Below, piece by piece: positions 42,436 through 52,416 of a stretch of 64,000 bases of DNA. The notes beneath the pieces are model-generated. The model saw only the letters and a program-made list of their open reading frames with translations. It was not told where the DNA came from and ran no database searches. Both the position numbers and the translations under genes were made by a program. Each line of letters begins with the position of its first letter. Position 1 is the first letter of the stretch. The stretch comes from an uncultured bacterium (GTDB lineage Bacteria > Bacillota_I > Bacilli_A > RFN20 > CAG-826), in NCBI GenBank assembly GCA_949297055.1, contig CASFRI010000035.1:16348-80347 (forward strand). The letters are read 5' to 3'.

Positions 42436-43659
42436 ATGGCTAAAATCAATAATCCGATAGAGGAAAATAATTTTAAAGAAGAACTATTAGAATTATCTAA
42501 GATTCAAGAGGAAGCAAAAAGATGTCTCAATTGTAAAGCACCTCGTTGTTCTTTAATGTGTCCAATGGATTGTGAGCCACATCGTTTCATCGCTTTACTT
42601 AATAAAGGAGATGTTGAAGAAGCGGCAAAATTTGTTTATACAAAAAATCCTTTAAGTTACATCTGTGGCTACATTTGCCCGAGCGAAAGATATTGCGAAA
42701 AAAATTGTTTAAGAGGAAGAATTGATAGTGTTATTAAAGTAAGAGAAATACATCGTTTTCTTGGTTCGCTTAATTCTAGATTTGAAGAAGAATTTAAACC
42801 GTTGAAGAATAAATCTATCTTGATCGTCGGTGGTGGTCCTATAGGCTTAATAATCGCTAATAAGATGGCAAAACATGGGTTAAAATCCACTATTTTAGAG
42901 AAAAGCTCATATTTAGGAGGAGCTTTAAGAAATCAAATTCCAGCTTTTAGATTGCCTGCTAGTGTCATCGATCATGATTTAAATCCATTGTTAAACGAAC
43001 GCATCGAAATTAAATTGAAGATGACTTTTGGAAAAGATGCCACTTACGATGATGTCAAGGACAAATACGATGCAATTATCTTTACGACCGGTTTAGATAA
43101 ACCTAGAACTTACGATTTTATGTTGGATCATCCAAAAGTTATTTTAGCGCAGGATTTTTTAAGGATGTGTCGCCACGATTTAGAAATTGAGACTTACGAT
43201 AAAATAGTTGTCATCGGTGGGAGTGATACAGCGATGGATTGTCTCGCGAGTGCGAAAAAAATCGCAAAAGAAGTCGTAGGAGTATATCGAAGAGAAAAAG
43301 AAAGATTAAGAGCAAATAAAGAATCTTTGGAGATGGGATTTAAGGCTGCGGATGATTTCATCTTTAATCGTACACCTTTAAGATTTGATGAAGTAGGGAA
43401 TATGGTCTTTAAAAACTATTATGGTGAAGATGAAGAAACTATTCCTGCGAGTTTATACGTTTTAGCTATTGGTGTTCTTATCGATGATAGTTATTTAAAA
43501 GATTTCTTTGAATTTGAAGAAGACTCTATAAAGTGTAAGAAAATACCTAATGCTTTTTATGCAGGCGATATGTCATCTAGTGATAAAACATTAGTAAGCG
43601 CACTTTCGACAGTGGAAGAAGTCGTTAAAGAAATTTTCGAATATTTGAAGTTAGATTGA
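42436..43659 (+). CDS. PreT/GltD-like NAD(P)H-dependent FAD/Fe-S oxidoreductase subunit (lone paralog)
   Basis: CLNCKAPRCSLMCPMDCEPHRFIALL…AAKFVYTKNPLSYICGYICP, plus IVGGGPIGL Rossmann and GGSDTAMD. Confidence 0.7.
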   Translation: MAKINNPIEENNFKEELLELSKIQEEAKRCLNCKAPRCSLMCPMDCEPHRFIALLNKGDVEEAAKFVYTKNPLSYICGYICPSERYCEKNCLRGRIDSVIKVREIHRFLGSLNSRFEEEFKPLKNKSILIVGGGPIGLIIANKMAKHGLKSTILEKSSYLGGALRNQIPAFRLPASVIDHDLNPLLNERIEIKLKMTFGKDATYDDVKDKYDAIIFTTGLDKPRTYDFMLDHPKVILAQDFLRMCRHDLEIETYDKIVVIGGSDTAMDCLASAKKIAKEVVGVYRREKERLRANKESLEMGFKAADDFIFNRTPLRFDEVGNMVFKNYYGEDEETIPASLYVLAIGVLIDDSYLKDFFEFEEDSIKCKKIPNAFYAGDMSSSDKTLVSALSTVEEVVKEIFEYLKLD

Positions 43660-43758
43660 CCTTAATATTTAATAAATTTTTCTATTAGTAAATCATTTAT
43701 AAATACTTTATAATACTTTTGTTTAAGAACTAATTTGTTTCTAGGAGGAAATAAGTAC

Positions 43759-44250
43759 ATGGCTTCTTTATCAGCCGGGGCGAAAAAACGCATTTTAGAA
43801 ATATGTGCGGAATATAAAAATGAACCGACCCCATTAATTATGATTTTAAGTGAAGTACAAAATGAATTTGGTTACGTACCACTTGAAGTGCAAGAAATTA
43901 TTGCATCCGAATTAGACATTCCAGTTTCTGATGTTTATGGCGTTGTTACTTTTTATGCATTCTTTTCATTGAAACCAAAAGGAAAATATGTCATTGGTGT
44001 CTGTCTTGGTACAGCCTGTTACGTCAAAGGTTCGCAACAAGTAATAGATAAGTTTGCTGAACTTTTGAATACGAAACCAGGCGGAACTTCTGATGATGGT
44101 TTATTCTCCCTTGATGCTTTACGTTGTATTGGTGCATGCGGTATTGCGCCAGCAGTAAACGTCAATGGAAAAGTTTATCCGAAGGTGACAGTGGACCAAG
44201 TACCTCATATTATCGAGGAATATCGTAAATTAGAAGGAGAAAATTTATGA
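43759..44250 (+). CDS. hydC: [FeFe]-hydrogenase NuoE-like [2Fe-2S] subunit HydC
   Basis: Thioredoxin-like ferredoxin GVCLGTACYVKG…CIGACGIAPAV. GGAGG RBS before ATG 43759. Confidence 0.8.
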   Translation: MASLSAGAKKRILEICAEYKNEPTPLIMILSEVQNEFGYVPLEVQEIIASELDIPVSDVYGVVTFYAFFSLKPKGKYVIGVCLGTACYVKGSQQVIDKFAELLNTKPGGTSDDGLFSLDALRCIGACGIAPAVNVNGKVYPKVTVDQVPHIIEEYRKLEGENL

Positions 44251-46112
44251 TTGATTCAACGAAATCATTAAATGAGAAAATCGCTCATTGCTCGCAATGT
44301 TTAAAAAATAAAGTCGAAGGATTAGATGGAAAGCGTGCGGTCGTCGTCTGCGGTGGGACAGGATGTATGGCTTCACATTCGGAAGAAATTCTTGAAGAGT
44401 TTAAGAAATTAATTGAAGAATACGACTTAGCGGATAAAGTTAGTGTTAATCATGTCGGTTGCTTTGGTTTTTGCTCTCAAGGACCATTCGTCAAAATTTT
44501 TCCAGAAGATACTTTATATCACGCTGTGAAAGTTGAAGATGTAAGAAAGATTGTCGAAGAAGATTTACTTAATAATCATGTCGTCACTGAATTATTTTAC
44601 GAAGATCCAGCGACGCATCAAAAAGTGCAAAGGCAAGATGATATTAATTTCTATAAGAAACAAGTACGCTTAGCGTTACATGGATGCGGCCATATCAATC
44701 CTGAAAATATCGATGAAGCTTTAGGCTATGGGGCTTTTAAAGGCTTAGAAAAAGCTTTATCTATGAAACCACAAGAAGTCATCGATTTAATTTTAAAAAG
44801 TGGTTTAAGAGGCCGCGGCGGAGCGGGCTTCCCAACTGGCCGTAAATGGCAATTTGCTTACGATCAAAAAAATGATACAAAATATGTCGTCTGTAATGGC
44901 GATGAAGGTGATCCAGGTGCGTTCATGGATCGTTCCATTTTAGAAGGTAATCCATTAAACGTCATCGAAGGGATGATGATTGCAGGTTACGCAATTGGAG
45001 CGAAGAATGGTTATTTTTACGTTCGTGCGGAATATCCAATCGCTGTTAAACGTTTAAGAATTGCTATTAAAGAAGCTGAAGAATTAGGTCTTGTTGGTGA
45101 TCATATCTTAGGTACAGATTTCTCGTTCCATGTTCATATTAGATTAGGAGCAGGGGCGTTCGTCTGTGGCGAAGAAACTGCTTTACTTAATTCTATCGAA
45201 GGTAAAAGAGGTATGCCTCGTCCTCGTCCACCATTCCCAGCTATTAGTGGTTTATGGGGTAAACCTACCATTATTAATAACGTCGAAACTTTAGCTTGCG
45301 TTCCTTACATCTTAAGAGAAGGTTTAGAAAACTTTACCAAATATGGAACTGAAAAGTCTAAAGGAACGAAGGTTTTTGCCTTAGGTGGAAAAATTAATAA
45401 TGTCGGCTTGGTGGAAGTTCCAATGGGCACGACTCTAAGAGAATTAATTTATGATATCGGTGGCGGTATTCCTAATGGGAAGAAATTTAAAGCTATCCAA
45501 ACAGGTGGTCCATCTGGTGGTTGTTTAACTGAAAAAGATTTAGATACCCCAATCGATTTCGATAACTTAGTGGCAAAGGGTTCGATGATGGGTTCTGGTG
45601 GCGCGATCGTCATGGACGAAGATAACTGTATGGTTGACGTTGCTAAATTCTATATGGAATTTATTTGTGATGAATCATGCGGTAAATGTTCACCTTGTCG
45701 TATCGGTACGAAACGTATCTTAGAAATTTTAAATAAGATTGTTAGAGGTAATGGTACGAGACAAGATTTAGAAGATTTATTGCATCTTTCTAAGACGATT
45801 AAAGTTGGTTCATTATGCGGCTTAGGTCAAACAGCGGCGAACCCAATCTTATCGACAACTTCTAATTTCATGGAAGAATATTTAGAACATATTGACGACA
45901 AGAAATGTCGCGCGCATGTTTGTAAACATCTTATGCGTTATGTCATCGATGCGGAAAAATGTAAGAAATGTTCTTTATGTGCAAGAAATTGTCCTGTTAA
46001 CGCTATTAGTGGTGTGGTTGGAAAAGAACCATTTGTCATCGATCAAAATAAATGTATCAAGTGTGGTATGTGCTTCAGCGCTTGCCGTTTCAAGGCTATC
46101 AATAAGGAATAA
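44247..46112 (+). CDS. hydB: [FeFe]-hydrogenase NuoF-like flavoprotein subunit HydB (NADH/FMN, Fe-S)
   Basis: GRGGAGFPTG, CGKCSPCRIGT, two C-terminal 4Fe-4S motifs CKKCSLCARNCP and CIKCGMCFSACR, and an N-terminal thioredoxin-like 2Fe-2S domain. Confidence 0.85.
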   Translation: MIDSTKSLNEKIAHCSQCLKNKVEGLDGKRAVVVCGGTGCMASHSEEILEEFKKLIEEYDLADKVSVNHVGCFGFCSQGPFVKIFPEDTLYHAVKVEDVRKIVEEDLLNNHVVTELFYEDPATHQKVQRQDDINFYKKQVRLALHGCGHINPENIDEALGYGAFKGLEKALSMKPQEVIDLILKSGLRGRGGAGFPTGRKWQFAYDQKNDTKYVVCNGDEGDPGAFMDRSILEGNPLNVIEGMMIAGYAIGAKNGYFYVRAEYPIAVKRLRIAIKEAEELGLVGDHILGTDFSFHVHIRLGAGAFVCGEETALLNSIEGKRGMPRPRPPFPAISGLWGKPTIINNVETLACVPYILREGLENFTKYGTEKSKGTKVFALGGKINNVGLVEVPMGTTLRELIYDIGGGIPNGKKFKAIQTGGPSGGCLTEKDLDTPIDFDNLVAKGSMMGSGGAIVMDEDNCMVDVAKFYMEFICDESCGKCSPCRIGTKRILEILNKIVRGNGTRQDLEDLLHLSKTIKVGSLCGLGQTAANPILSTTSNFMEEYLEHIDDKKCRAHVCKHLMRYVIDAEKCKKCSLCARNCPVNAISGVVGKEPFVIDQNKCIKCGMCFSACRFKAINKE

Positions 46113-46132
46113 GGTAGGAGGAATTAGTCGTT

Positions 46133-47914
46133 ATGGCTTTAGTAAATATTAAAATTGAAGGTCGTCCTTATCAAGTTGAAGAAGGGCTTACAATCTTAGA
46201 AGCTTGCCGTTCTGTTGGCTATCGTATTCCTTCATTATGTACTTTTAATAAAGGACAATGTTCAAAAGCTTCTTGTCGAGTTTGTCTTGTCTCCGTTAAA
46301 GGAGCGAGAGGTTTAGTAGCTTCTTGCGTCTATCCAGTGAATGAAGGTATGGAAATTTCTATTTCTAATATCGACGCAGTGGAAGCAAGAAGAGCGAACG
46401 TCGAATTACTTTTATCCAATCACAACATGAACTGTCAACAATGCGATAAAAATGGTCATTGTGAACTTTTAGAAGTGGCTAAAATTGTTGGAGCAAGAGA
46501 AGGGATGTATCAAGGAGAAAAGACTCCGACAACATTTGATAATCTTGCACCTTCATTAGTGAGAGATACATCCAAATGTATTTTATGTGGAAGATGTATC
46601 GAAAGATGTAAAGACGCACAAGGTATTGGTATCCTCGGTTTTGAAAATCGTGGTTTCAATACGATCGTCGCTCCAAGCGGCAATAGAAGTTTTGCTAGTT
46701 CTCCTTGTATCCAATGCGGTCAGTGTGTGAACGTTTGCCCAACTGGTGCCTTGATGGAAAATAGCGAAATTCATCTCATCGATAAAGCATTTAAAGAAGG
46801 TAAGAAAGTTTTCGTTCAAACCGCTCCCGCAGTTAGAGCTGCTATCGCAGAAGAATTTGGTGCTAAGATTGGTAGCGTTGGTACAGGTAAAATGGTGGCT
46901 GCCCTTCATCGTCTTGGTTTCTACCGCGTCTTCGATACGAACTTCGGGGCAGATTTAACGATTATGGAAGAAGCTTACGAATTATTAGGTAGAATTAAAA
47001 ATGGTGGTGTTTTACCACAAATTACATCTTGTTCGCCGGGCTGGGTTAACTATTTAGAATATTATTATCCTGAAGTTATTCCACATGTTTCTTCATGTAA
47101 ATCTCCACATGAAATGCTCGGAGCAATCATTAAGTCTTATTATGCTAAAAAGCACGATTTAGATCCAAAAGATATTTTCGTCGTAAGTGTCATGCCTTGC
47201 GTCGCTAAAAAATATGAAAAAGATCGTCCCGCGAATCGAGCGGTCGATGGTTTAAAAGATGTTGATGCTGTCATCACGACAAGAGAACTTGCGAAGATGA
47301 TTAAGCGTGCTGGTATCGATTGGTCATATTTACCAGAAGAACAATTCGATGATGATTTACTAGGTGAATATACTGGTGCAGGTGTTATCTTTGGCGTGAC
47401 TGGTGGGGTGATGGAAGCCGCTCTTAGAACTGCTTATTTCGCTCTTACTGGTAAAGAATATCCCGCCATCGAATTTAAGGAAGTAAGAAATGTTTCTTTG
47501 TTTAAAGAAGCAAGCATCGATATTGATGGTAAAGTGATTAAGATTGCAGCTGTTTCAGGTATGAAAAATGCAAAACCATTATTAGAAGATGTTAAAAATG
47601 GTAAATCACCATATCACTTCATCGAAATTATGGGTTGTCCTGGTGGTTGTATCAATGGTGGCGGTCAACCTTACGTCCACCCAAATCTTCTTATGAACGA
47701 AGAGGCTAATATTTTAGATACTTACATTCAAAAACGTGCCTCCGTTCTTTATAGTGAAGATGAAAGACAAGTTTTAAGACAATCGCATAATAATTCTGAC
47801 ATCAAAAAACTTTACAAAGATTATCTTGGTGAACCATGTTCCCATTTAGCGCATGAATTACTCCATACGCATTACGATGCACATCGTGAAAAATATCCGC
47901 AGGTGAAAAAATAA
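46133..47914 (+). CDS. hydA: [FeFe]-hydrogenase catalytic subunit HydA (CpI-like M3 architecture)
   Basis: N-terminal 2Fe-2S, then HNMNCQQCDKNGHC, then two 4Fe-4S sites. H-cluster motifs L2 MPCVAKKYE and L3 EIMGCPGGCINGGGQP are canonical. L1 reads TSCSPGW instead of TSCCPxW. Confidence 0.85.
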   Translation: MALVNIKIEGRPYQVEEGLTILEACRSVGYRIPSLCTFNKGQCSKASCRVCLVSVKGARGLVASCVYPVNEGMEISISNIDAVEARRANVELLLSNHNMNCQQCDKNGHCELLEVAKIVGAREGMYQGEKTPTTFDNLAPSLVRDTSKCILCGRCIERCKDAQGIGILGFENRGFNTIVAPSGNRSFASSPCIQCGQCVNVCPTGALMENSEIHLIDKAFKEGKKVFVQTAPAVRAAIAEEFGAKIGSVGTGKMVAALHRLGFYRVFDTNFGADLTIMEEAYELLGRIKNGGVLPQITSCSPGWVNYLEYYYPEVIPHVSSCKSPHEMLGAIIKSYYAKKHDLDPKDIFVVSVMPCVAKKYEKDRPANRAVDGLKDVDAVITTRELAKMIKRAGIDWSYLPEEQFDDDLLGEYTGAGVIFGVTGGVMEAALRTAYFALTGKEYPAIEFKEVRNVSLFKEASIDIDGKVIKIAAVSGMKNAKPLLEDVKNGKSPYHFIEIMGCPGGCINGGGQPYVHPNLLMNEEANILDTYIQKRASVLYSEDERQVLRQSHNNSDIKKLYKDYLGEPCSHLAHELLHTHYDAHREKYPQVKK

Positions 47915-47916
47915 TT

Positions 47917-48609
47917 ATGATTAAACACGTCATCTTCGATTTAGATGGCACGCTTCTTGATACGATGAGCGATATGCTCTTAGCCCTAAATCTTACGACT
48001 AAGAAAATATTTCCAAAAAGAAGAATGCATCATTTTAAAAAAACTGATGGCGTGTTTTTATACGGTAATGGGCAAAATGTTTTAGTTAGTAGGGCTTTAA
48101 AAATTCTTGGTGTCGAAGATGCACAAATTAAAGAAGAATTTAAAAATACTTTTTATCAAATTTATGAAGAAAAATCTAATACTTTATCTAAGCCTTATCC
48201 TTACGTCATCGATACATTATTAGAACTTAAAAGAAGGGGTATTAATTGCTATATTCTTTCTAATAAGCCTATTAAAATTTTATCTAGAGCGGTGAATAAA
48301 TATTTCACAAGTGCTTTAATTATAGATTTTCTTGGTTACACTGGCGAAGTACATAAAAAGCCTGATCCATTTTGCTTTTTGCCATTAAAAGAAAAATATT
48401 CTTTAAAAGAAGAAGAATGTCTTTACGTCGGTGATTCACTAGTGGATTATCAGTTTGCAAAAAATACGAACATGCATTTATGTATGGTGATGTATGGTTA
48501 TGAAAGTAAACAAAATTTAGATGCTTTAGATAATGCTTTTTTCATTCGCAAAATGAATAAGTTACCGCAGGTGATCGATTATATCGATTCTTACGTTAAG
48601 ATAAAATAA
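47917..48609 (+). CDS. HAD-superfamily hydrolase (phosphatase)
   Basis: FDLDGTLLDT motif I. GDS…D motif IV. Confidence 0.7.
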   Translation: MIKHVIFDLDGTLLDTMSDMLLALNLTTKKIFPKRRMHHFKKTDGVFLYGNGQNVLVSRALKILGVEDAQIKEEFKNTFYQIYEEKSNTLSKPYPYVIDTLLELKRRGINCYILSNKPIKILSRAVNKYFTSALIIDFLGYTGEVHKKPDPFCFLPLKEKYSLKEEECLYVGDSLVDYQFAKNTNMHLCMVMYGYESKQNLDALDNAFFIRKMNKLPQVIDYIDSYVKIK

Positions 48610-48647
48610 ATTACAATTCAAAATAATTTCGTTAGAATATAGATATT

Positions 48648-49997
48648 ATGAAAGATATTTATTTATATAATTCCATCAGCAATAATAAAGAAAAATTTAT
48701 TCCTATAAAGGAAGGAAAAGTTTCTATCTACGTCTGTGGTCCAACAGTGTATAACGAACCGCATATCGGTAATTTAAGACCACCTATCGTCTTCGACGTC
48801 CTTTATCGTTTTTTAATGTATTTAGGCTATGAAGTTACTTACGTTTCAAATTACACAGATGTGGATGATAAGATTATTAATCGAGCGAAGGAATTAAATG
48901 TTGAACCTTTAAAACTTTCTTCTTTTTACATCGAAGAATTTAAAAAGATGCGTGAAAAGATGAATATCTTATCACCAACTTACACGCCTAAGGTGAGTGA
49001 ACATATTAGCGATATTATTTCTTACATCGAAAAATTAATTGAAAAAGGCTATGCCTACGTTAGTGAGGGAGATGTTTATTTTTCCGTCGATAAAATTGAT
49101 GATTATCTTTTGCTTTCTAAGATGAAAAAAGAAGATTTAATAGCGGGAGCAAGAATCGAAGTAAACGAGAAGAAAAAATCACCTTTAGATTTCGCTTTAT
49201 GGAAGAAGACTGATGAAGATTTTAATTGGACTTCACCTTGGTCGAAAGGTAGGCCTGGTTGGCATACGGAATGCGTCGTCTTCATCGATAAAATATTTGA
49301 GGACCAAAATGGTTTAATTGATATTCACGGTGGTGGATTCGATCTAAAATTTCCTCATCACGATAATGAGGTGGCGCAGGCTTTTGCGATGCATTCTCAC
49401 CACTTAGCGAATTATTGGATGCATAATGGTTTTATTACCTTTGGTAATGATGAAAAGATGTCTAAGTCATTAGGTAATGTCATTACCATTTCTGATGCTT
49501 TAAAGCAATGCGAGCCTAATGTTTTAAGAACTTTCATTCTTTCTAGTTCTTATCGTGCACCTATAAGTTACAATGAAATTAATTTAACTAACGCGAAAAA
49601 CAATTTTGAAAAAATTGATAATACTTATCATGCTTTATCTCTCCGCTTATTATTTTTAGACGATGATTTAAATTATCAAAAAAGTGAAGATATCGATTCT
49701 TTCATCGATGCTTTGAAAGATGATTTAAATACCTCTAATGCTTATAAAGCCTTATTTGATTTAACCAAGGAAATAAACACTTATCTTCATCGTGGTATAG
49801 ACGAACTTAATATTTTAAAAACCTACTTTGAAAAATTTAAGACGATGTTAGACATTTTAGGTTATAAGATGAATACTCCTATTGTTTCCAATGAAGATAA
49901 ATTACTATATAATAATTATATAACGGCAAAAAAGAATAAAGATTTTGCTAAAAGTGATGCTTTAAGGACCATACTTATAAAGAAAGGTCTTTATTAA
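48648..49997 (+). CDS. cysS: Cysteinyl-tRNA synthetase
   Basis: HIGN and KMSKSLGN class-I motifs. Zn-binding Cys/His residues. Confidence 0.92.
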   Translation: MKDIYLYNSISNNKEKFIPIKEGKVSIYVCGPTVYNEPHIGNLRPPIVFDVLYRFLMYLGYEVTYVSNYTDVDDKIINRAKELNVEPLKLSSFYIEEFKKMREKMNILSPTYTPKVSEHISDIISYIEKLIEKGYAYVSEGDVYFSVDKIDDYLLLSKMKKEDLIAGARIEVNEKKKSPLDFALWKKTDEDFNWTSPWSKGRPGWHTECVVFIDKIFEDQNGLIDIHGGGFDLKFPHHDNEVAQAFAMHSHHLANYWMHNGFITFGNDEKMSKSLGNVITISDALKQCEPNVLRTFILSSSYRAPISYNEINLTNAKNNFEKIDNTYHALSLRLLFLDDDLNYQKSEDIDSFIDALKDDLNTSNAYKALFDLTKEINTYLHRGIDELNILKTYFEKFKTMLDILGYKMNTPIVSNEDKLLYNNYITAKKNKDFAKSDALRTILIKKGLY

Positions 49998-50013
49998 CGA
50001 AGAGGCAAAAGAT

Positions 50014-50775
50014 ATGAGCATTGATACAGTTGATAACATAATCGTCCAATGGTTCAATACTAGCTTTAATACCGGCGCGCCTGAGTGGATCGGTAATTTA
50101 GTGTTATGTTTTCTTTGTATTTTGATGACGATTATTCTTTCTGGTCTCATCGGTTTTGAAAGAGAATATAACGGCCACGCAGCAGGGCTAAGAACGCACA
50201 TTCTTGTTTCTCTTGGTTCCTGTATCATCATGATCGTTTCAATTTATGGATTTAATGTTATGCCTGGAAATGAAGCTTTCGCAAATCGTGACCCCGCTAG
50301 ACTTGCTGCACAAGTTATTACCGGTATCGGTTTCTTAGGGGCTGGTACAATCATTCAAACTGGCATTAGTGTCAAAGGTTTAACGACCGCGACTACTTTA
50401 TGGTTATCGATGGCGGTGGGGCTCGCTTGTGGAAGCGGCAATCTAGTTATAGCTACCTTAGCTACCATTATTGCTTTAAGTGTTCTTACGATGTTACGTA
50501 AATTTGAAAAATTTGCGGCTAGAAAAAATCCTATTATCACTTTAGTGGTCAATGCTGGTACGCCTTTTATTAAAGAACTTATTTCTATCGGTTCAAGATT
50601 TGGCGTTAATATTCGCGATGTCGATTCACAAATTGTCCAAATTGATGGACAAGAAGCTTTAAGAGTTAATATTCGTTGTTCAAAAGTTTCTAAAGCTTCG
50701 ATGACAGCGTTCGTCGACGAATTAAGACAAGCAATTAAACCACTTGAATTACATATTTCTACTGGCTTGATGTAA
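50014..50775 (+). CDS. mgtC: MgtC/SapB family membrane protein
   Basis: GFEREYNGHAAGLRTH signature. 4-5 TM helices plus a C-terminal soluble domain. Confidence 0.75.
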   Translation: MSIDTVDNIIVQWFNTSFNTGAPEWIGNLVLCFLCILMTIILSGLIGFEREYNGHAAGLRTHILVSLGSCIIMIVSIYGFNVMPGNEAFANRDPARLAAQVITGIGFLGAGTIIQTGISVKGLTTATTLWLSMAVGLACGSGNLVIATLATIIALSVLTMLRKFEKFAARKNPIITLVVNAGTPFIKELISIGSRFGVNIRDVDSQIVQIDGQEALRVNIRCSKVSKASMTAFVDELRQAIKPLELHISTGLM

Positions 50776-50808
50776 AAATAAAATTTGAGACCAAAAGGAC
50801 TTGATTTT

Positions 50809-51522
50809 ATGTCAATATATATCTATGGGAAAAAAGCTTGTGAAGAAGCTTTAAAAAAAGAGGATCAAATCCTCGAAGTTTTTCTTAACAAACGTGTTCT
50901 TAAATTATATGAATCTCAACTTGGTCATCTAAAACGTCGTCTCGTCGATGATAAAGAACTTGATAAGCTTAGCCAAAACCACGTGCATCAAGGTATCGTT
51001 ATCAAACTAAAAGAATATAATTTCTATCCTTTAGAAAAAAGATTAGAAGAACTTAAAGAAGAAAAGAATTCAATCATTCTTATCTTGGATGGTATTTTAG
51101 ATCCTTATAATCTTGGCGCTATCTTTCGTAGTGCGGCAGCATTTAATGTCTCTTTAGTTATTTTAAGAGAAGATAGGCAAGCGCCTATCACTAATGTTGT
51201 CTATAAAGTTAGTGCTGGGGCGATGGAACATCTTTTTATAAGCCAAGTTAAAAATATTAATCAAACGATAGATATATTGAAAGAAGAAGGTTTTTGGGTT
51301 TTTGCTTCTAGCGACCATGGAGCGAAATCAATGTATGAAATTGATTATCCAAATAAAGTTGCTTTAATCGTTGGAAATGAAGGTAAAGGTATCGCGCATC
51401 TTACGATGCAAAAAGCCGATTTTAGCGTCAAAATCCCATTAAATGGACCTCTTCCTTGTTTAAACGTCGCCAGTGCGACAAGCGTCTTATTATCTTATAT
51501 TTCACACTTTCTTTCCCATTAG
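50809..51522 (+). CDS. rlmB: 23S rRNA (guanosine-2'-O)-methyltransferase RlmB (SpoU/TrmH family)
   Basis: LILDGILDPYNLGAIFRSAAAF and LIVGNEGKGI motifs. ATG 50809 has an AAAGGA RBS. The ORF-track start at 50785 is TTG. Confidence 0.85.
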   Translation: MSIYIYGKKACEEALKKEDQILEVFLNKRVLKLYESQLGHLKRRLVDDKELDKLSQNHVHQGIVIKLKEYNFYPLEKRLEELKEEKNSIILILDGILDPYNLGAIFRSAAAFNVSLVILREDRQAPITNVVYKVSAGAMEHLFISQVKNINQTIDILKEEGFWVFASSDHGAKSMYEIDYPNKVALIVGNEGKGIAHLTMQKADFSVKIPLNGPLPCLNVASATSVLLSYISHFLSH

Positions 51523-51533
51523 AAAGAGGTTTC

Positions 51534-52142
51534 ATGTTTTTAAATGATGAATATTTGCTCTTCCTTTTAAGGCGGCAAAAAAGTGATGCTTTTCAAGTAC
51601 TTTATTTACGTTACATTCCTTATGGCTATAGTTATTTAAGACAGAATTTTAATGATTTAAATAATTTATTAACTAATGACGAACTATCCTCTATTTTAAG
51701 ACAAGCATTTTTCGTCGCTATATCGCGATTCGACTTCAATAGTGGTTATTTTTATCCTTATTATGTCAAAGTTTTAAAAAGTCATTTTTTCAATGCACTT
51801 AGAGCTAAGAAAAGTTCAAAAAGTGTCGAGCATAGTTACGTTATGCTTTCTTTAGATCAAAAATTATTTGAGGACCATGAAACTAAAACTTTTCATGATT
51901 TAATTTACGTGGATGATGAATTTATCGACCATTTCAATAGCGTGAATTTGTTATCTATTACTTTGAATGAAAAAGGGATATTTTCACGTTTAGAAAAAGA
52001 AGTATTAATGTATTACCTAGATGGATATAAAAGTAAAGAAATCGCTGAAGCGTTGAAGATGAATGTAAAGAAAGTAAGATCTGTTATTAACAAGTTAAAA
52101 GAACAATATAAAAAGCTAGAAGATATCGTTCAAATTGCTTAA
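51534..52142 (+). CDS. sigH: Sigma-H-like alternative sigma factor
   Basis: Region 2 (…ILRQAFFVAISRFDF…) and region 4 HTH (SKEIAEALKMNVKKVRSVINK). Conserved position between rlmB and rpmG-secE-nusG, as in Bacillus. Confidence 0.65.
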   Translation: MFLNDEYLLFLLRRQKSDAFQVLYLRYIPYGYSYLRQNFNDLNNLLTNDELSSILRQAFFVAISRFDFNSGYFYPYYVKVLKSHFFNALRAKKSSKSVEHSYVMLSLDQKLFEDHETKTFHDLIYVDDEFIDHFNSVNLLSITLNEKGIFSRLEKEVLMYYLDGYKSKEIAEALKMNVKKVRSVINKLKEQYKKLEDIVQIA

Positions 52143-52209
52143 GTTTTTATCTTCTAAAAAATGGAATGAATTCATTCATTTAAAAGTAGTCAGTTTCAAT
52201 TTATAAATT

Positions 52210-52246
52210 GACAATTAATTTTTGCTTGTGTTATATTCTTGTAGCG
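52210..52246 (+). promoter_or_regulatory. Promoter (TTGACA-17-TG-n-TATATT) for rpmG-secE-nusG
   Basis: ttgacaattaatttttgcttgtgttatatt. Confidence 0.45.
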
Positions 52247-52258
52247 AGTAAATTTTTT

Positions 52259-52405
52259 ATGCGTGGAAAAGTAATGATGATCTGTGAAGAATGTGGAAGT
52301 AGAAATTACTCCGTTCACAAATCCCAAAACGTAAAAGATAGACTCACATTGAAAAAGTATTGTTCCCATTGTAATAAGATGACGATACATAAAGAAAGTC
52401 GATAG
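52259..52405 (+). CDS. rpmG: 50S ribosomal protein L33
   Basis: MRGKVMMICEECGSRNYSVHKSQNVKDRLTLKKYCSHCNKMTIHKESR (Zn ribbon). Confidence 0.9.
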   Translation: MRGKVMMICEECGSRNYSVHKSQNVKDRLTLKKYCSHCNKMTIHKESR

Positions 52406-52416
52406 GAGTGAGAAAT

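Noticed and set aside
51456-51533. Upstream extension of the sigma-factor ORF overlapping rlmB
   Set aside because: It is out-of-frame overlap with the rlmB 3' end. ATG 51534 follows directly, and the sigma-factor homology starts there.
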